64,000 nt of DNA from Bacteroidota bacterium (GTDB lineage Bacteria; Bacteroidota; Bacteroidia; Chitinophagales; Chitinophagaceae): assembly GCA_018267705.1 (NCBI GenBank), contig JAFDXX010000023.1, forward strand, positions 365,769 through 429,768. The letters are read 5' to 3'. Under the pieces are notes generated by a model, which was not told where the DNA came from, searched no databases, and saw only the letters and a program-made list of their open reading frames with translations. Made by a program: the position numbers and the translations under genes. Shown in pieces: positions 49,475 through 59,680 of the stretch. Position 1 is the stretch's first letter. Every line of letters begins with the position of its first letter.

Positions 49475-50290
49475 ATGAAAAAAATATATTGGTCATTCAT
49501 TGCAATTCTTCTTTTTACAGCTTGCCATAACAACACGCAGCAAGAAGAACCAACAACACCCATTTCTACTATTCCCAATATTGCATATACCATAACCAAT
49601 GTATATCCACATAATATTGAATCTTTTACCGAAGGATTAGAATTTCATAATGGTTTTTTATATGAAAGTACCGGAGATCCTGATTATAAAGGGAACAGCT
49701 TTTTAATGAAAACCGATATTAAAAACGGGAAAGATTTACAAAAAGTAAATTTAAACAAACAATATTTTGGCGAAGGTTTAACCTTATTAAATGGCAAAAT
49801 TTATCAGCTAACCTATAAAGAAAATAAATGTTTTGTTTACGATGCCAATACCTTTCAACTATTAAACACATTTATTTATGAAGGTGAAGGATGGGGAATG
49901 ACAAATGATGGCAAAGAAATTATTATGGACAATGGCAGTAATAATTTAATTTATCGCAACCCCAAAACATTTGCTATAACTAAAACAGTTCCTGTTGTTG
50001 GTGTACCAACAAGTAACGGTGCTGTATTCATCAATGAACTAGAATATGTAAATGGTTTTATATACGCCAATACATGGACGCAAGATTTTGATAAAATAGT
50101 AAAGATAGATGCAGCAACAGGGAAAGTAGTTGGAGTTCTTGATTTTACAGGTGTTTTAGATAAATACGCTACTACCAACGAAACCGCCAACAGAGATGTT
50201 TTAAATGGTATTGCATACGATAGTACAAAACAACTTTTTTATTTTACCGGAAAGAACTGGCCAAAAATGTTTGAAGTAAAACTTAATTAA
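49475..50290 (+). CDS. Glutaminyl-peptide cyclotransferase (beta-propeller type), lipoprotein
   Basis: 271 aa. Signal peptide with LLFTAC lipobox. FTEGLEF and EGWG motifs of plant/bacterial-type glutamine cyclotransferase. Confidence 0.75.
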   Translation: MKKIYWSFIAILLFTACHNNTQQEEPTTPISTIPNIAYTITNVYPHNIESFTEGLEFHNGFLYESTGDPDYKGNSFLMKTDIKNGKDLQKVNLNKQYFGEGLTLLNGKIYQLTYKENKCFVYDANTFQLLNTFIYEGEGWGMTNDGKEIIMDNGSNNLIYRNPKTFAITKTVPVVGVPTSNGAVFINELEYVNGFIYANTWTQDFDKIVKIDAATGKVVGVLDFTGVLDKYATTNETANRDVLNGIAYDSTKQLFYFTGKNWPKMFEVKLN

Positions 50291-50500
50291 ACTAACACTT
50301 CTAGTATGAATTATTGGATATGTTATTATAAATGAGTATTTATTGATAAGAAAAAACACGCAATATTATAGCCAATTAAATAATTATGTAAGAAATATTG
50401 AAATATATTAGCATTATGTTATAACTTACAAGTGTGGTCCACTTACTAATAAGCAATCCCTATTCTATGAAAAAAGTTTGCACCCTTAATCTCCTTATTA

Positions 50501-53062
50501 ATGAGACATTACAAAAGTTATTCTGTACTTTTTTATCGTAACTTTTTTGTATTGCTACAATTAAGCCTATTCATCAATATTTGTAATGCTCAAAAAACTA
50601 ATTCCTACCACAAAGCTGCCGATGCTAAATTTCAAAAACAATTGTATGAACAAGCAGGAATACTTTATTTAAGAGCTTTAGCTGTTGATGTAAAAAACGA
50701 TAGTATTGTCTATCCTTTCATTCCGTACAATCATAAATACCGCCCCTCAAAAGTTGATGATAACCCTGCATACCTTACTTATCAAGTTGCAGAGTGCTTT
50801 AGAAAATTGGGTGATTATATTAATGCTGCAAGAATGTATGAAAAATTTTTTCGTTTTAAACAAGAAGGAAGTTATCCTCTATCAAAATTTTGGTATGCAC
50901 AATGTTTAAAAAATAGCAACAACCCTGCATTAGCAATTGAAATATTTAAAGATTTTATTGCACATCATCAAGAAAATGATAATTATACTCAATCAGCAAA
51001 AGAACAAGTAGAAGAATGTCGTACAATGATTGATATTACTAATTCAAAACAAAAACCAATTATTACCAAATTAGCACAACCCATTAATGGAGTTGATAAC
51101 AGTTTTGCTTTGCAACAATACAACGATAGTCTTTTTTTATTTAGCAGTGTAATACCCGATACAATAGGCAAAAGAGTAAAATATCCGCTTAGTGTTTATT
51201 GGGGAAATTTCAATAATTTAAAAGAAGTTCAAAAAACAATAATAAACGGCAAAAGCCCCGAAATGGCTGCATCATCATTATCTCCCGATGGTCTTACATT
51301 GTATTTTACTGCTTGGAAAACAAAAAACACAAATGCAATATATTATATAAAAAGAACAAGTATTAATGCAGAATGGAGCAAGCCAACAGAAATGGAATAT
51401 CCTGTAAACGAAAAACACAGCAGTGCAAAACATCCGTTTATAACAAATGACGGGAAGTATTTATTATTTACATCAAACAGACAAGGAAGTATTGGCGGGT
51501 TTGATATTTGGTTTGTAGAATTAAAAGACGGAAAAATTATTACCGATGCCAAAAATGTAGGATACAATATTAATACAACAGATGATGAAATTTCACCATA
51601 TTATAATAACGAACAAAATATTTTATACTTCAGTTCACACAGAAAAGATGGTATTGGAGGATTTGATGTGTATAGCAGTAACGGCAATTTAACCACCAAT
51701 AAATGGCAAAAAGCCGAACTACTTTCCTACCCTATTAACACTCCGAAAGACGAACTTTATTACAAACAATATAATACCACAGCGTATATAAGCTCAAACA
51801 GACAAAATGATAATAGCTTAGAAATCTATAGCATTATTTCCGAAAAACAACAACCAACCGAAACAGTTGTTGCCACCAACACCGATACTACTACAGTAAC
51901 AACTTCAAACAAAAAAACAGAACCCACTAATACAACAGATACAACTGAAGCAACCAATAAAAACGAAACTTCAACAAAAACAAATACACCCACTTGGAAA
52001 CATATTGTAGATTCTTTAAACAGTAAAATAGAAAGCAGGTATTGTATTTATTTTAAACTTAACAGTAGTGCCATACTTAATCAAGATATGCCAACATTAG
52101 ATAGTGCATTAACACAATTAAAACATACTCCAGAATTAAATATTATAATAGGAAGTTTTACCGATTGCAAAGGAAAAGAAGAAGCAAATAGAACCGTTGC
52201 AATAAGAAGATCAAAAGCAGTAAAAGATTTTTTAATTAAAAAAGGAATTGAAAGAGAAAAAATACACACATACTATTTTATTGCTAAGCATTATGTAAAA
52301 TATTGTGCAGATGACAGTTCGTATAATGAAGCAGAACAAATGCAAAACAGACGTGCAGATATTTTACTTACAAAAGAAAAAAATGCCGATTGGGTACCAT
52401 CTGGCAAAGAAATAGATATTATAGAAATATTAGATGGAATACTAAAAAAAACACAAACCAATAACACATCAACCTATCCCGCAAGATTAATTAAGAACGC
52501 AACTAAAGCCAAAGCAAAAACAAACAATAAAATAAATTTGTTAACAACTGGCAACCCCAAAAAACAACCAATTAGCGAAGAGGAAATGTACACTAATAAA
52601 ATTATTAGAACACCTGAAACAACAGCTAAATCAACAGAAATAAATAGCACCGAAAATACCGATACTACCCACACAAAACAAAACGCAACTAATAAACATT
52701 TTTCTGCAAGGTTAAACAAACAACCGTTTATAATTTATACTTTATCTGACTCTGTAAAAATTGATTTTTATGACGATGGTTTGTTTGATTACGATAGTAT
52801 CTCTGTTTTCTACAATAAACATTTAGTAATACATAACCAATTATTACAAACTGATAAACCATTAAGTTTTACTGCATCAATAAACAATAACCCCAATAAT
52901 AATATACTTATTTTATTTGCAGAAAATTTAGGGCAACAACCTCCCAACACTGCATTAGTAATTATTACCGATGCCACCGGAAAAAGGACTGCAGTAGAAC
53001 TTACAAGTGATTTACAAAACAATGCAGTTATTCAATTTGTTAAAGGGAAAAAGACAGATTAA
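50501..53062 (+). CDS. Multidomain envelope protein: signal peptide, TPR, TolB-like (PD40) beta-propeller repeats, T/N-rich linker, OmpA-like domain, extra C-terminal domain
   Basis: 853 aa. PD40-like repeats (SPDGLTLYFT, ITNDGKYLLFTSNRQGSIGGFDIW, ILYFSSHRKDGIGGFDVY). OmpA-like core (GSFTDCKGKEEANRTVAIRRSKAVKDFLIKKGI...NRRADILL). A C-terminal module of about 110 aa that I do not recognise. Confidence 0.8.
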   Translation: MRHYKSYSVLFYRNFFVLLQLSLFINICNAQKTNSYHKAADAKFQKQLYEQAGILYLRALAVDVKNDSIVYPFIPYNHKYRPSKVDDNPAYLTYQVAECFRKLGDYINAARMYEKFFRFKQEGSYPLSKFWYAQCLKNSNNPALAIEIFKDFIAHHQENDNYTQSAKEQVEECRTMIDITNSKQKPIITKLAQPINGVDNSFALQQYNDSLFLFSSVIPDTIGKRVKYPLSVYWGNFNNLKEVQKTIINGKSPEMAASSLSPDGLTLYFTAWKTKNTNAIYYIKRTSINAEWSKPTEMEYPVNEKHSSAKHPFITNDGKYLLFTSNRQGSIGGFDIWFVELKDGKIITDAKNVGYNINTTDDEISPYYNNEQNILYFSSHRKDGIGGFDVYSSNGNLTTNKWQKAELLSYPINTPKDELYYKQYNTTAYISSNRQNDNSLEIYSIISEKQQPTETVVATNTDTTTVTTSNKKTEPTNTTDTTEATNKNETSTKTNTPTWKHIVDSLNSKIESRYCIYFKLNSSAILNQDMPTLDSALTQLKHTPELNIIIGSFTDCKGKEEANRTVAIRRSKAVKDFLIKKGIEREKIHTYYFIAKHYVKYCADDSSYNEAEQMQNRRADILLTKEKNADWVPSGKEIDIIEILDGILKKTQTNNTSTYPARLIKNATKAKAKTNNKINLLTTGNPKKQPISEEEMYTNKIIRTPETTAKSTEINSTENTDTTHTKQNATNKHFSARLNKQPFIIYTLSDSVKIDFYDDGLFDYDSISVFYNKHLVIHNQLLQTDKPLSFTASINNNPNNNILILFAENLGQQPPNTALVIITDATGKRTAVELTSDLQNNAVIQFVKGKKTD

Positions 53063-53066
53063 TAAA

Positions 53067-53963
53067 TTATTTTTTCTTTATTACATAAATAACAGAACTG
53101 CAATTTTTACTATTACCAATTGTTTTAAGGTTTGAAATAATGCCATTCCAAACTGCTTTTATTAAATTATTTTTTTGCGTCTTGTATTTTTCACTTAACA
53201 TACTAACATAAAAACTATCAAACCACATTGGTCTGAAAGTCCTTACAGTAAAGCCTTTATCAATCATTAACAATTCCATGCTTCTAGGAGAAAAATGATA
53301 TAAATGCCTTGGCACATCATAAGCAGCCCAATACTCATTATATATTTCTGCATCATAACTTGTATAATTAGGTACTGCAATAATTAATGTTCCGTTAGGT
53401 TTTAATATTTTATAAAAGGTATCAATATATTTATGTAACTCATGCACATGTTCTAAAACATGCCACATAGTAATTACATTAATGCTCTCTACTTCTTTAG
53501 TAAATAAATTTTCAGAAGATTGCAATTGTAATTGATATTTACTGGCTGCTATTGTTCTTGCCGTATCATCGGGTTCAATCCCTGTAACAATCCAACCTGC
53601 TTGTTTCATAATATTTGCAAAAGCTCCAATACCTGCACCAACATCTAACAATACTCCTTTTTGTAACCCGCTTTCTGCAATTATTAATTTCTTTTTTGTT
53701 TGTAATGTTTGATTGCGAACAATATGATACAATTTATTGATGAATCCTTCTTGTGTATCTGAATGAGAAATATATGCCGTTGATTGATAATAAGGTGCTA
53801 TATGATTTACATCAGGAATATTTTGTGTAAAACGTAATGTGCACTGATTACAATGCCATATTTCAAAAATCTCTTTACTTACCGTATAATCTTTTGCCTG
53901 CAAGGCTTTACTAATATTTGAAGATTGACATGAAGGGCATTGAGAGTATGTAATTACAGACAT
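53067..53963 (-). CDS. Class I SAM-dependent methyltransferase with N-terminal Cys4 zinc ribbon
   Basis: 298 aa. CPSCQS...CNQC followed by the LLDVGAGIGAF SAM motif. Confidence 0.8.
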   Translation of the reverse strand: MSVITYSQCPSCQSSNISKALQAKDYTVSKEIFEIWHCNQCTLRFTQNIPDVNHIAPYYQSTAYISHSDTQEGFINKLYHIVRNQTLQTKKKLIIAESGLQKGVLLDVGAGIGAFANIMKQAGWIVTGIEPDDTARTIAASKYQLQLQSSENLFTKEVESINVITMWHVLEHVHELHKYIDTFYKILKPNGTLIIAVPNYTSYDAEIYNEYWAAYDVPRHLYHFSPRSMELLMIDKGFTVRTFRPMWFDSFYVSMLSEKYKTQKNNLIKAVWNGIISNLKTIGNSKNCSSVIYVIKKK

Positions 53964-54036
53964 TCGAAAACAGATTAAACAGAATTAAAACACACAAATA
54001 AATAAAAGAAATTTAATACAACTAAAAATTGAAATA

Positions 54037-54633
54037 TTAGATATAATAATACAGCAATGCTCCCAATCCTAATATTGCTAATACAATAGCATATACCCAC
54101 CAATAATCTTCTTTTTCTTTAAGTACAATTTTTTCTTCTTCGGGTGCTGCATTTTCTCGCTTTAAAATTCTTGTATCTCCTGCATCATACAAATCAACCA
54201 AGTTAGCATTTGCTGCAACTGTATGTTCTAAATGAATATTAGTTAATAAAGGTTGTTTTGCATAATTATATTCAGGAACAAAATAAATAACATCTTCATA
54301 CGAGCGTTTTAATATACCTAAGCCCGGCAAATTCACGCCGCCATTTAATGCTCCTTCTTTTACCGTTTGTGCAAATTGATTAACCCGGTTAATAGCTTCA
54401 ACTTCATTAACTTTTAATTCTTTTGATAAATAAAAAAGAAAAGTTTTTTCAATTGTACAATTGGTTTCATTAGTAAACCTGAATTCTTGATTGGGTGCCG
54501 AAATGGTTTGTGTTATAAAATCCATTTTAGCCGGTGTTTCTTCAACCGTAAAATAGCCAATACCTGGTACAGCAGCTTTTTGGTTTAAGAGTAGATATTT
54601 ATAAAAAATGTTGTACATGAATACTTTAATCAA
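54037..54633 (-). CDS. HU-CCDC81-like two-repeat protein with C-terminal TM anchor
   Basis: 198 aa. Two repeats carry the P-G-[IL]-G signature (AAVPGIGYFTV and VNLPGLGILKR). C-terminal hydrophobic helix WWVYAIVLAILGLGALLYYYI. The true start may be the Met at 54618. Confidence 0.55.
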   Translation of the reverse strand: MIKVFMYNIFYKYLLLNQKAAVPGIGYFTVEETPAKMDFITQTISAPNQEFRFTNETNCTIEKTFLFYLSKELKVNEVEAINRVNQFAQTVKEGALNGGVNLPGLGILKRSYEDVIYFVPEYNYAKQPLLTNIHLEHTVAANANLVDLYDAGDTRILKRENAAPEEEKIVLKEKEDYWWVYAIVLAILGLGALLYYYI

Positions 54634-54636
54634 TAT

Positions 54637-56469
54637 TTAATGAAACGAATATACAACTCCTGTTAAAAAGTTAAACCCTAAAACTTGATATTGATTCCAA
54701 CGTTGATATTTATTGTTGAAAATATTATTCATTTGCAGCCATAAATTTAGTCTTTTTGCAATAGTATATTCTGCACCCGCATTAAAATCTATGGCAACGG
54801 GCAATTTATCGCTTATTAAAGTATTAGGGTTTCGGTAGTATGCTCCATCCCAAAAAAACAAATCACCTTTCACAACAAAATCTTTTGTTATTTTATAACG
54901 TAGTGTGCCATTTATTTCAATAGGAGTAATACCCCAAGCTTTGTTATATTGTTGCTGCTGTGTGTAGTTGGTGTAATTAATAGCTGCTGTTGCAAATAAT
55001 TTTTCTTGCCATGTGTAACCAATTTCTCCATGTAATTTAATGCCTTGCAATTCGGGTTCAAACAAAGTAATAAATGTTTGAGTATTATTAATGGCAGTAT
55101 CGTTAGTTAATAAAGCAAGATTATTTACTTTAAGCAAACTAAATCTGGCATTATAAGTAAAATGATTACCTGTACTGCCTTTTATACCAATATATTGCTC
55201 AATAATTTTAGTATTTAATAAGTTACCGGGTTGTGCAATAAACGGATTATATTCTGTTAAAGAACGATAAGTGTTTTTTGAAAATGAACCAACCCAACCT
55301 ATTTCTCCTACTAATTTTTTTTCTTCATTTAATTTTATTTCAGCACTTACATTGGGCAACATTGAGAAACTATTGTTATCCCAACTGGGTTGTATGCCTC
55401 CATTAATTTTAAAATTATTCGTTTTAAATTGAAGTGATGGATTTAGGTAAAATAAATTGTTATTTAAATTAGTATATGGCAAAGCAATAGTTGGTTGATA
55501 TAGTTTACTTAAGTCTGCCGTTGCCGATAAATCAAATGCAAAAGACTTTCCGAAAGATTTATTAATAGGTGCTTTAATTAATACACTAAACTCGTTCGCA
55601 TTTCTGTTATCAGTAAAGTTTGATACATTTATTTCAGGATGGTAAGTAATGCCATACTCACTTAACCCTTTGCTATGTAAAGCAACACCTCCACCTATTA
55701 AATTAAATTGTTGCTGTAATTGATCTTTTGTAAAACTTCCGGTTGTAAAACCATATTTATATTGATTGCTATTGTAATACAAACCTTTTACAATTAATTC
55801 ATTTTTTTCAGAAAGATTAAAATTAATATTCGCATTTATATTAGTTTTATTATAATCTTGAAACGGAAGGTTACCATTTGATGCGATATATTTCCCATAG
55901 AGGTTTACCGTTGTTGATTTTGGATTTCCAAAAGTTGCCCCTGCCTCAATATGTGGTGAAGCATAATTTCCATAACCAATTTTTACATATTGACTATTGC
56001 TCCAAATTGTTGCAGAATCGGGTTCGTATGCAACTGCTTTAATAGAAACAGGTTGATAAGTAAAAAATAAATTATGTGATGGGATATTATAAGTAACATC
56101 AATTTTTGAAGAATCAAATATGGGTGTTGCTGCAGTAAAATTTATTTTAGCTGCATTTTTTAAAACAGGTTTAAATGCCGATGTAACATTCACTACTCTT
56201 GGTGTTATAGTGTCTTTACTTTCTGCATTTTGTTTTTCAGCCATTCTAATTGTTTCGCCCATTGGATTGGCTGCATTGGTTTGCTCGTTTTTTGTATTAG
56301 CTTTTGATTTGCTTCTTGAAGTAGTTTTTTTATTTTTCTTTTTTGAAGAAACTTTTTTTGTAGCAGTGGTTGTAGTTTTTTTCTTTTTTGTAGTGTGCTG
56401 GGCATTAAGCATTACAAAAGGGAATAAAAAAATACAACTTATTAATAATATTTTATGTACAATCTTCAT
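54637..56469 (-). CDS. Putative outer-membrane beta-barrel (Bacteroidota putative-porin type) with polybasic N-terminal region
   Basis: 610 aa. Signal peptide ending LNAQ and a K/T/S-rich tract. Alternating beta-strand pattern and aromatic C-terminus ...GVVYSFH. Confidence 0.6.
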   Translation of the reverse strand: MKIVHKILLISCIFLFPFVMLNAQHTTKKKKTTTTATKKVSSKKKNKKTTSRSKSKANTKNEQTNAANPMGETIRMAEKQNAESKDTITPRVVNVTSAFKPVLKNAAKINFTAATPIFDSSKIDVTYNIPSHNLFFTYQPVSIKAVAYEPDSATIWSNSQYVKIGYGNYASPHIEAGATFGNPKSTTVNLYGKYIASNGNLPFQDYNKTNINANINFNLSEKNELIVKGLYYNSNQYKYGFTTGSFTKDQLQQQFNLIGGGVALHSKGLSEYGITYHPEINVSNFTDNRNANEFSVLIKAPINKSFGKSFAFDLSATADLSKLYQPTIALPYTNLNNNLFYLNPSLQFKTNNFKINGGIQPSWDNNSFSMLPNVSAEIKLNEEKKLVGEIGWVGSFSKNTYRSLTEYNPFIAQPGNLLNTKIIEQYIGIKGSTGNHFTYNARFSLLKVNNLALLTNDTAINNTQTFITLFEPELQGIKLHGEIGYTWQEKLFATAAINYTNYTQQQQYNKAWGITPIEINGTLRYKITKDFVVKGDLFFWDGAYYRNPNTLISDKLPVAIDFNAGAEYTIAKRLNLWLQMNNIFNNKYQRWNQYQVLGFNFLTGVVYSFH

Positions 56470-56480
56470 TGTATAATCTT

Positions 56481-59400
56481 TTAGTTTTGTTCTACTTTTT
56501 CTGTTTTTGCTTTTTCTGCTGTTGCAATAGCTAATTTATCAGATGCTTCTTTCTTTAAAGAGGCATCGGTTGCATTTTCGGCAACACTTTTATAAGTAGC
56601 TTCGGCATTAAACCAGTCTTTTTCTTTTGCATATACATCACCTAATAAAATATAGCTTTTGGTTACCCAATAATCGTAGGATCCATATTTTTTAATTGTT
56701 TCAAAACCTGCTTTTTCTGCTTCGGGTAATTTATTTTGTTGCAATAATATTTCTGCAATATGATATTGAGCTTCTGCACTAAATTCTGATTTGCCTAACA
56801 ATGTAACTTGTTTGTAAGAAAGTATTGCATTGTCTAACAAACTATCTAATTGATAACTTTTACCTAAAATTAAATTCGCCATCATTTTATCATCAGTTGC
56901 AATTGCTTTTTCTTTTAATAAATCTTGTGCATTATCCATGGCTTCTTTCCATTGTTGCAATTTGTATTGACAACGCAACAAACCACGCATTGCTTCTAAT
57001 TTATTTTCTTGCAAGGAAGCAATAGATTTTAATTGACCAAAGTATTTAGCTGCATTGTTATAATCTTTCAAATTAAAATAATAAATTCTTGCACTTTGCA
57101 AACTACTACGTTCAGCATATTTGTTTGGAGCTTTTGCTGCTACTGTATTGTAATAAGGCAAGGCATTATTATAATCTTTCTTAGTAATAAAAATTTCGGC
57201 CATAAAATAATTGGCTTCAATGGCATATTTACCATCGGCAAAAGATTTTAAGTAAGATGTAAAGCCTATTTGTGCTGCTGCAAAATCTTTTGCTTCGTAA
57301 CGCAACATAGCAGAACGATAAGTAAGTGAATCTTGCTCACTATAATTAACCGGTTTGCCATTTTGTTTCATAAAAGTTATGAACTCACCCGGTTTTTCTT
57401 GTTCAATAAAAATATTTCTAATGTATTCAATAGCTTCATCACTTTCTGTTGAATTAGGGAATTTAGAAACTAACTGCGTAAAGTTTTGCAATGCATCATC
57501 ATTCTTATTTAAATTAAAATATGCTACTCCTAATTTTAAATAAGCTCTCGGGAAAAATGCGGTTGCTGCTTTATCATTTAATATTTGCTGAAGCGGGGCA
57601 ATTGCATTTGCAAAATTTTCATTAGCTAAATAAGTATTGGCTAATTCCATATTAGCATCGGCTATAAGTGTTGAATTAGGGAAGTTTTTTATGAGGCTTT
57701 GTAATAAAGTAATTTTATCGGTTGTTTTATTATAAGCACCTGCAATAATTGCTTTTTGAAACAGTGCATAATCTGAGCCTTTGGTGTTTAACGCAATAAT
57801 ATTATTGTACATTAATACTGCTTCTTTGTAATTTTTATTCATAAAATAACAATCGGCGGCACGCACATACGCATCTTGCTCTAATGCAGTGGCAGCAGTA
57901 GATACAGAAGAGGATACTTGCTGAAAATAAGTAAGAGCATTTGTAAACTGTTCCTTCTTTAATAAACAATAAGCTAAATTATATTTGGCATTAGTTGCAT
58001 TAACTTCTCCATTTGTTTGCGGATTTTTTAAATAGTTTACGAAATAATTAATTGCTTCTTGTAAATTATTATTTCGATACGCAATTTCTCCTTTCCAGAA
58101 ATAAGCTAATTGAATTTGTTTTTCATTATATGGTGCTGCAATAAGTTTGGTAAGCAAAACATCTGCATTTTCTAATTGTTGGTCGTTAATCATTTCAACA
58201 GCACGACCATATAAAATTCTCGGGTAAATTTGTTTAGCTATTTCGGTTTTTACATTTAAGCTTTCAAATAAACTTAATGCATCTTTATAATTGCTTGTAT
58301 TGGCTAAAACGCTAATGGTTAATTCTTTAGCTTCTAATAAATTAATTGATGTTGGATAGTTTGCAATAAAGTTCTGTAATGCTTTTAATGCAATATCTGT
58401 AAAACCTAATTCATAACTAAGTTTTGCATAATTAAATGCTGAAACTTCTTTTTGTACACTATTGCTATTGTTGGCTGCACAAAATTGAAATGCATTTCTA
58501 GCACTGGGTTTATCATTTATTTTTAAGTACGCATCTGCCAATAAATACATACTGTTTTGTGCTAACGAATCTTCTTTACCACCTAATTGTTTAAAGCCCG
58601 TAATACTTTCCTGCCAATTGCCTGCTGCATAATAACAATAACTTAATTCATACAAATCTTCTCTTCTTATTTTATCGGTTTTGGCTGCATATTCTTTTAA
58701 GTAAGGAAGTGCATTCAAGTATTCTTTTTTATCAAACCATAAATGCCCTACTAATTGTTTTAATTGTAAGTCATAATATTGATTGCCTTGTTTTATTTTA
58801 GTTTCGGCATAAGTAAGAGCTTTATCTTTTTCGCCAATAAAATAATAAATTTCTGCAATGTAAAATGGAACAATATTATTATATACCGGATAATTTTCAA
58901 CTATTGTAAATGCATTTAATGCTTCGGAATATTGTTTTTGAGAGAATACAATAAAACCGTAATAATAGTTGGCATCATAATAATTGCTGTTATTTTTTAA
59001 TTGCCTTACAGCATCTAACAATGGTTTCGCTTCTGCAAACTGTTGTTTTGTAAATAAAATATATCCTTTATGAAATTTTAAATCGGCAACATCATCATTA
59101 CTTAAATTATCAATACTGCTTTTATTATAATACACTAATGCATCAGTTAAATTTTTTCTTCGAAAATAATATTCTCCTAAAAAGAAGCTTAACGATTGAA
59201 TTTTAGGAATGTTATTTTCTAAATTAATATAATCTACTGCTAATGTTGCTGCAGCACTATCATTTAAACGTAAACCGCAAACAATATAATAATACTTTAC
59301 TTCAGACTGAATAGTTGTAGGAAAATTTCCTTTTGCAGGATGATAAAAAATATCCTTAAATAAATTAAATGCTAAACTGTAATACTGTTGTTGGTAATAA

Positions 59401-59519
59401 TCTTTTGCTTGCTTAAAAGCAGCATCAGGATCATTATTAATTTTAGTTGACTGTGCAAATACATTAATGGTAAATAATAAACCTACCACTGTACAAATGA
59501 ATGGGCCTCTGTATTTCAT
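56481..59519 (-). CDS. Large secreted TPR-repeat protein (1012 aa)
   Basis: The track ORF extends to 59780. I start at ATG 59519 (MKYRGPFICTVVGLLFTINVFAQ, a signal peptide), which removes the overlap with the divergent thioesterase gene. The rest is TPR-like repeats (Y/A/L/N periodicity) throughout. Confidence 0.8.
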   Translation of the reverse strand: MKYRGPFICTVVGLLFTINVFAQSTKINNDPDAAFKQAKDYYQQQYYSLAFNLFKDIFYHPAKGNFPTTIQSEVKYYYIVCGLRLNDSAAATLAVDYINLENNIPKIQSLSFFLGEYYFRRKNLTDALVYYNKSSIDNLSNDDVADLKFHKGYILFTKQQFAEAKPLLDAVRQLKNNSNYYDANYYYGFIVFSQKQYSEALNAFTIVENYPVYNNIVPFYIAEIYYFIGEKDKALTYAETKIKQGNQYYDLQLKQLVGHLWFDKKEYLNALPYLKEYAAKTDKIRREDLYELSYCYYAAGNWQESITGFKQLGGKEDSLAQNSMYLLADAYLKINDKPSARNAFQFCAANNSNSVQKEVSAFNYAKLSYELGFTDIALKALQNFIANYPTSINLLEAKELTISVLANTSNYKDALSLFESLNVKTEIAKQIYPRILYGRAVEMINDQQLENADVLLTKLIAAPYNEKQIQLAYFWKGEIAYRNNNLQEAINYFVNYLKNPQTNGEVNATNAKYNLAYCLLKKEQFTNALTYFQQVSSSVSTAATALEQDAYVRAADCYFMNKNYKEAVLMYNNIIALNTKGSDYALFQKAIIAGAYNKTTDKITLLQSLIKNFPNSTLIADANMELANTYLANENFANAIAPLQQILNDKAATAFFPRAYLKLGVAYFNLNKNDDALQNFTQLVSKFPNSTESDEAIEYIRNIFIEQEKPGEFITFMKQNGKPVNYSEQDSLTYRSAMLRYEAKDFAAAQIGFTSYLKSFADGKYAIEANYFMAEIFITKKDYNNALPYYNTVAAKAPNKYAERSSLQSARIYYFNLKDYNNAAKYFGQLKSIASLQENKLEAMRGLLRCQYKLQQWKEAMDNAQDLLKEKAIATDDKMMANLILGKSYQLDSLLDNAILSYKQVTLLGKSEFSAEAQYHIAEILLQQNKLPEAEKAGFETIKKYGSYDYWVTKSYILLGDVYAKEKDWFNAEATYKSVAENATDASLKKEASDKLAIATAEKAKTEKVEQN

Positions 59520-59680
59520 AGAGTAGATATGGTGCATTACAAACAAAGATTGTGTTTTACTTCTTAACAAAAAGCAAAATCCATTTAAAGGTAATAAGCA
59601 CTTTATAAGCAAATGCCATTCCATATTTTTTGTGGATAAAGAATAACCCTTTATAACTTTACCAACAGAAATAGAATAAC

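Noticed and set aside
50425-50442. cttacaagtgtggtccac, 58 nt upstream of the OmpA-family gene, as a fifth motif copy
   Set aside because: It shares only ACAAGTGTG. It lacks TTG at N19 and the GAC-R-CAAC core, so the resemblance may be chance.
51840-52010. Repetitive ACn/AAn-rich DNA (T/N/E-rich linker TETVVATNTDTTTVTTSNKKTEPTNTTDTTEATNKNETSTKTNT)
   Set aside because: It is a low-complexity protein linker inside an intact ORF, not a tandem DNA repeat with a defined unit.
56120-56476. 118-aa plus-strand ORF and 66-aa minus-strand ORF (56205-56405) over the low-complexity region
   Set aside because: They are by-products of the T-rich/A-rich tract encoding the polybasic N-terminus of the beta-barrel gene.
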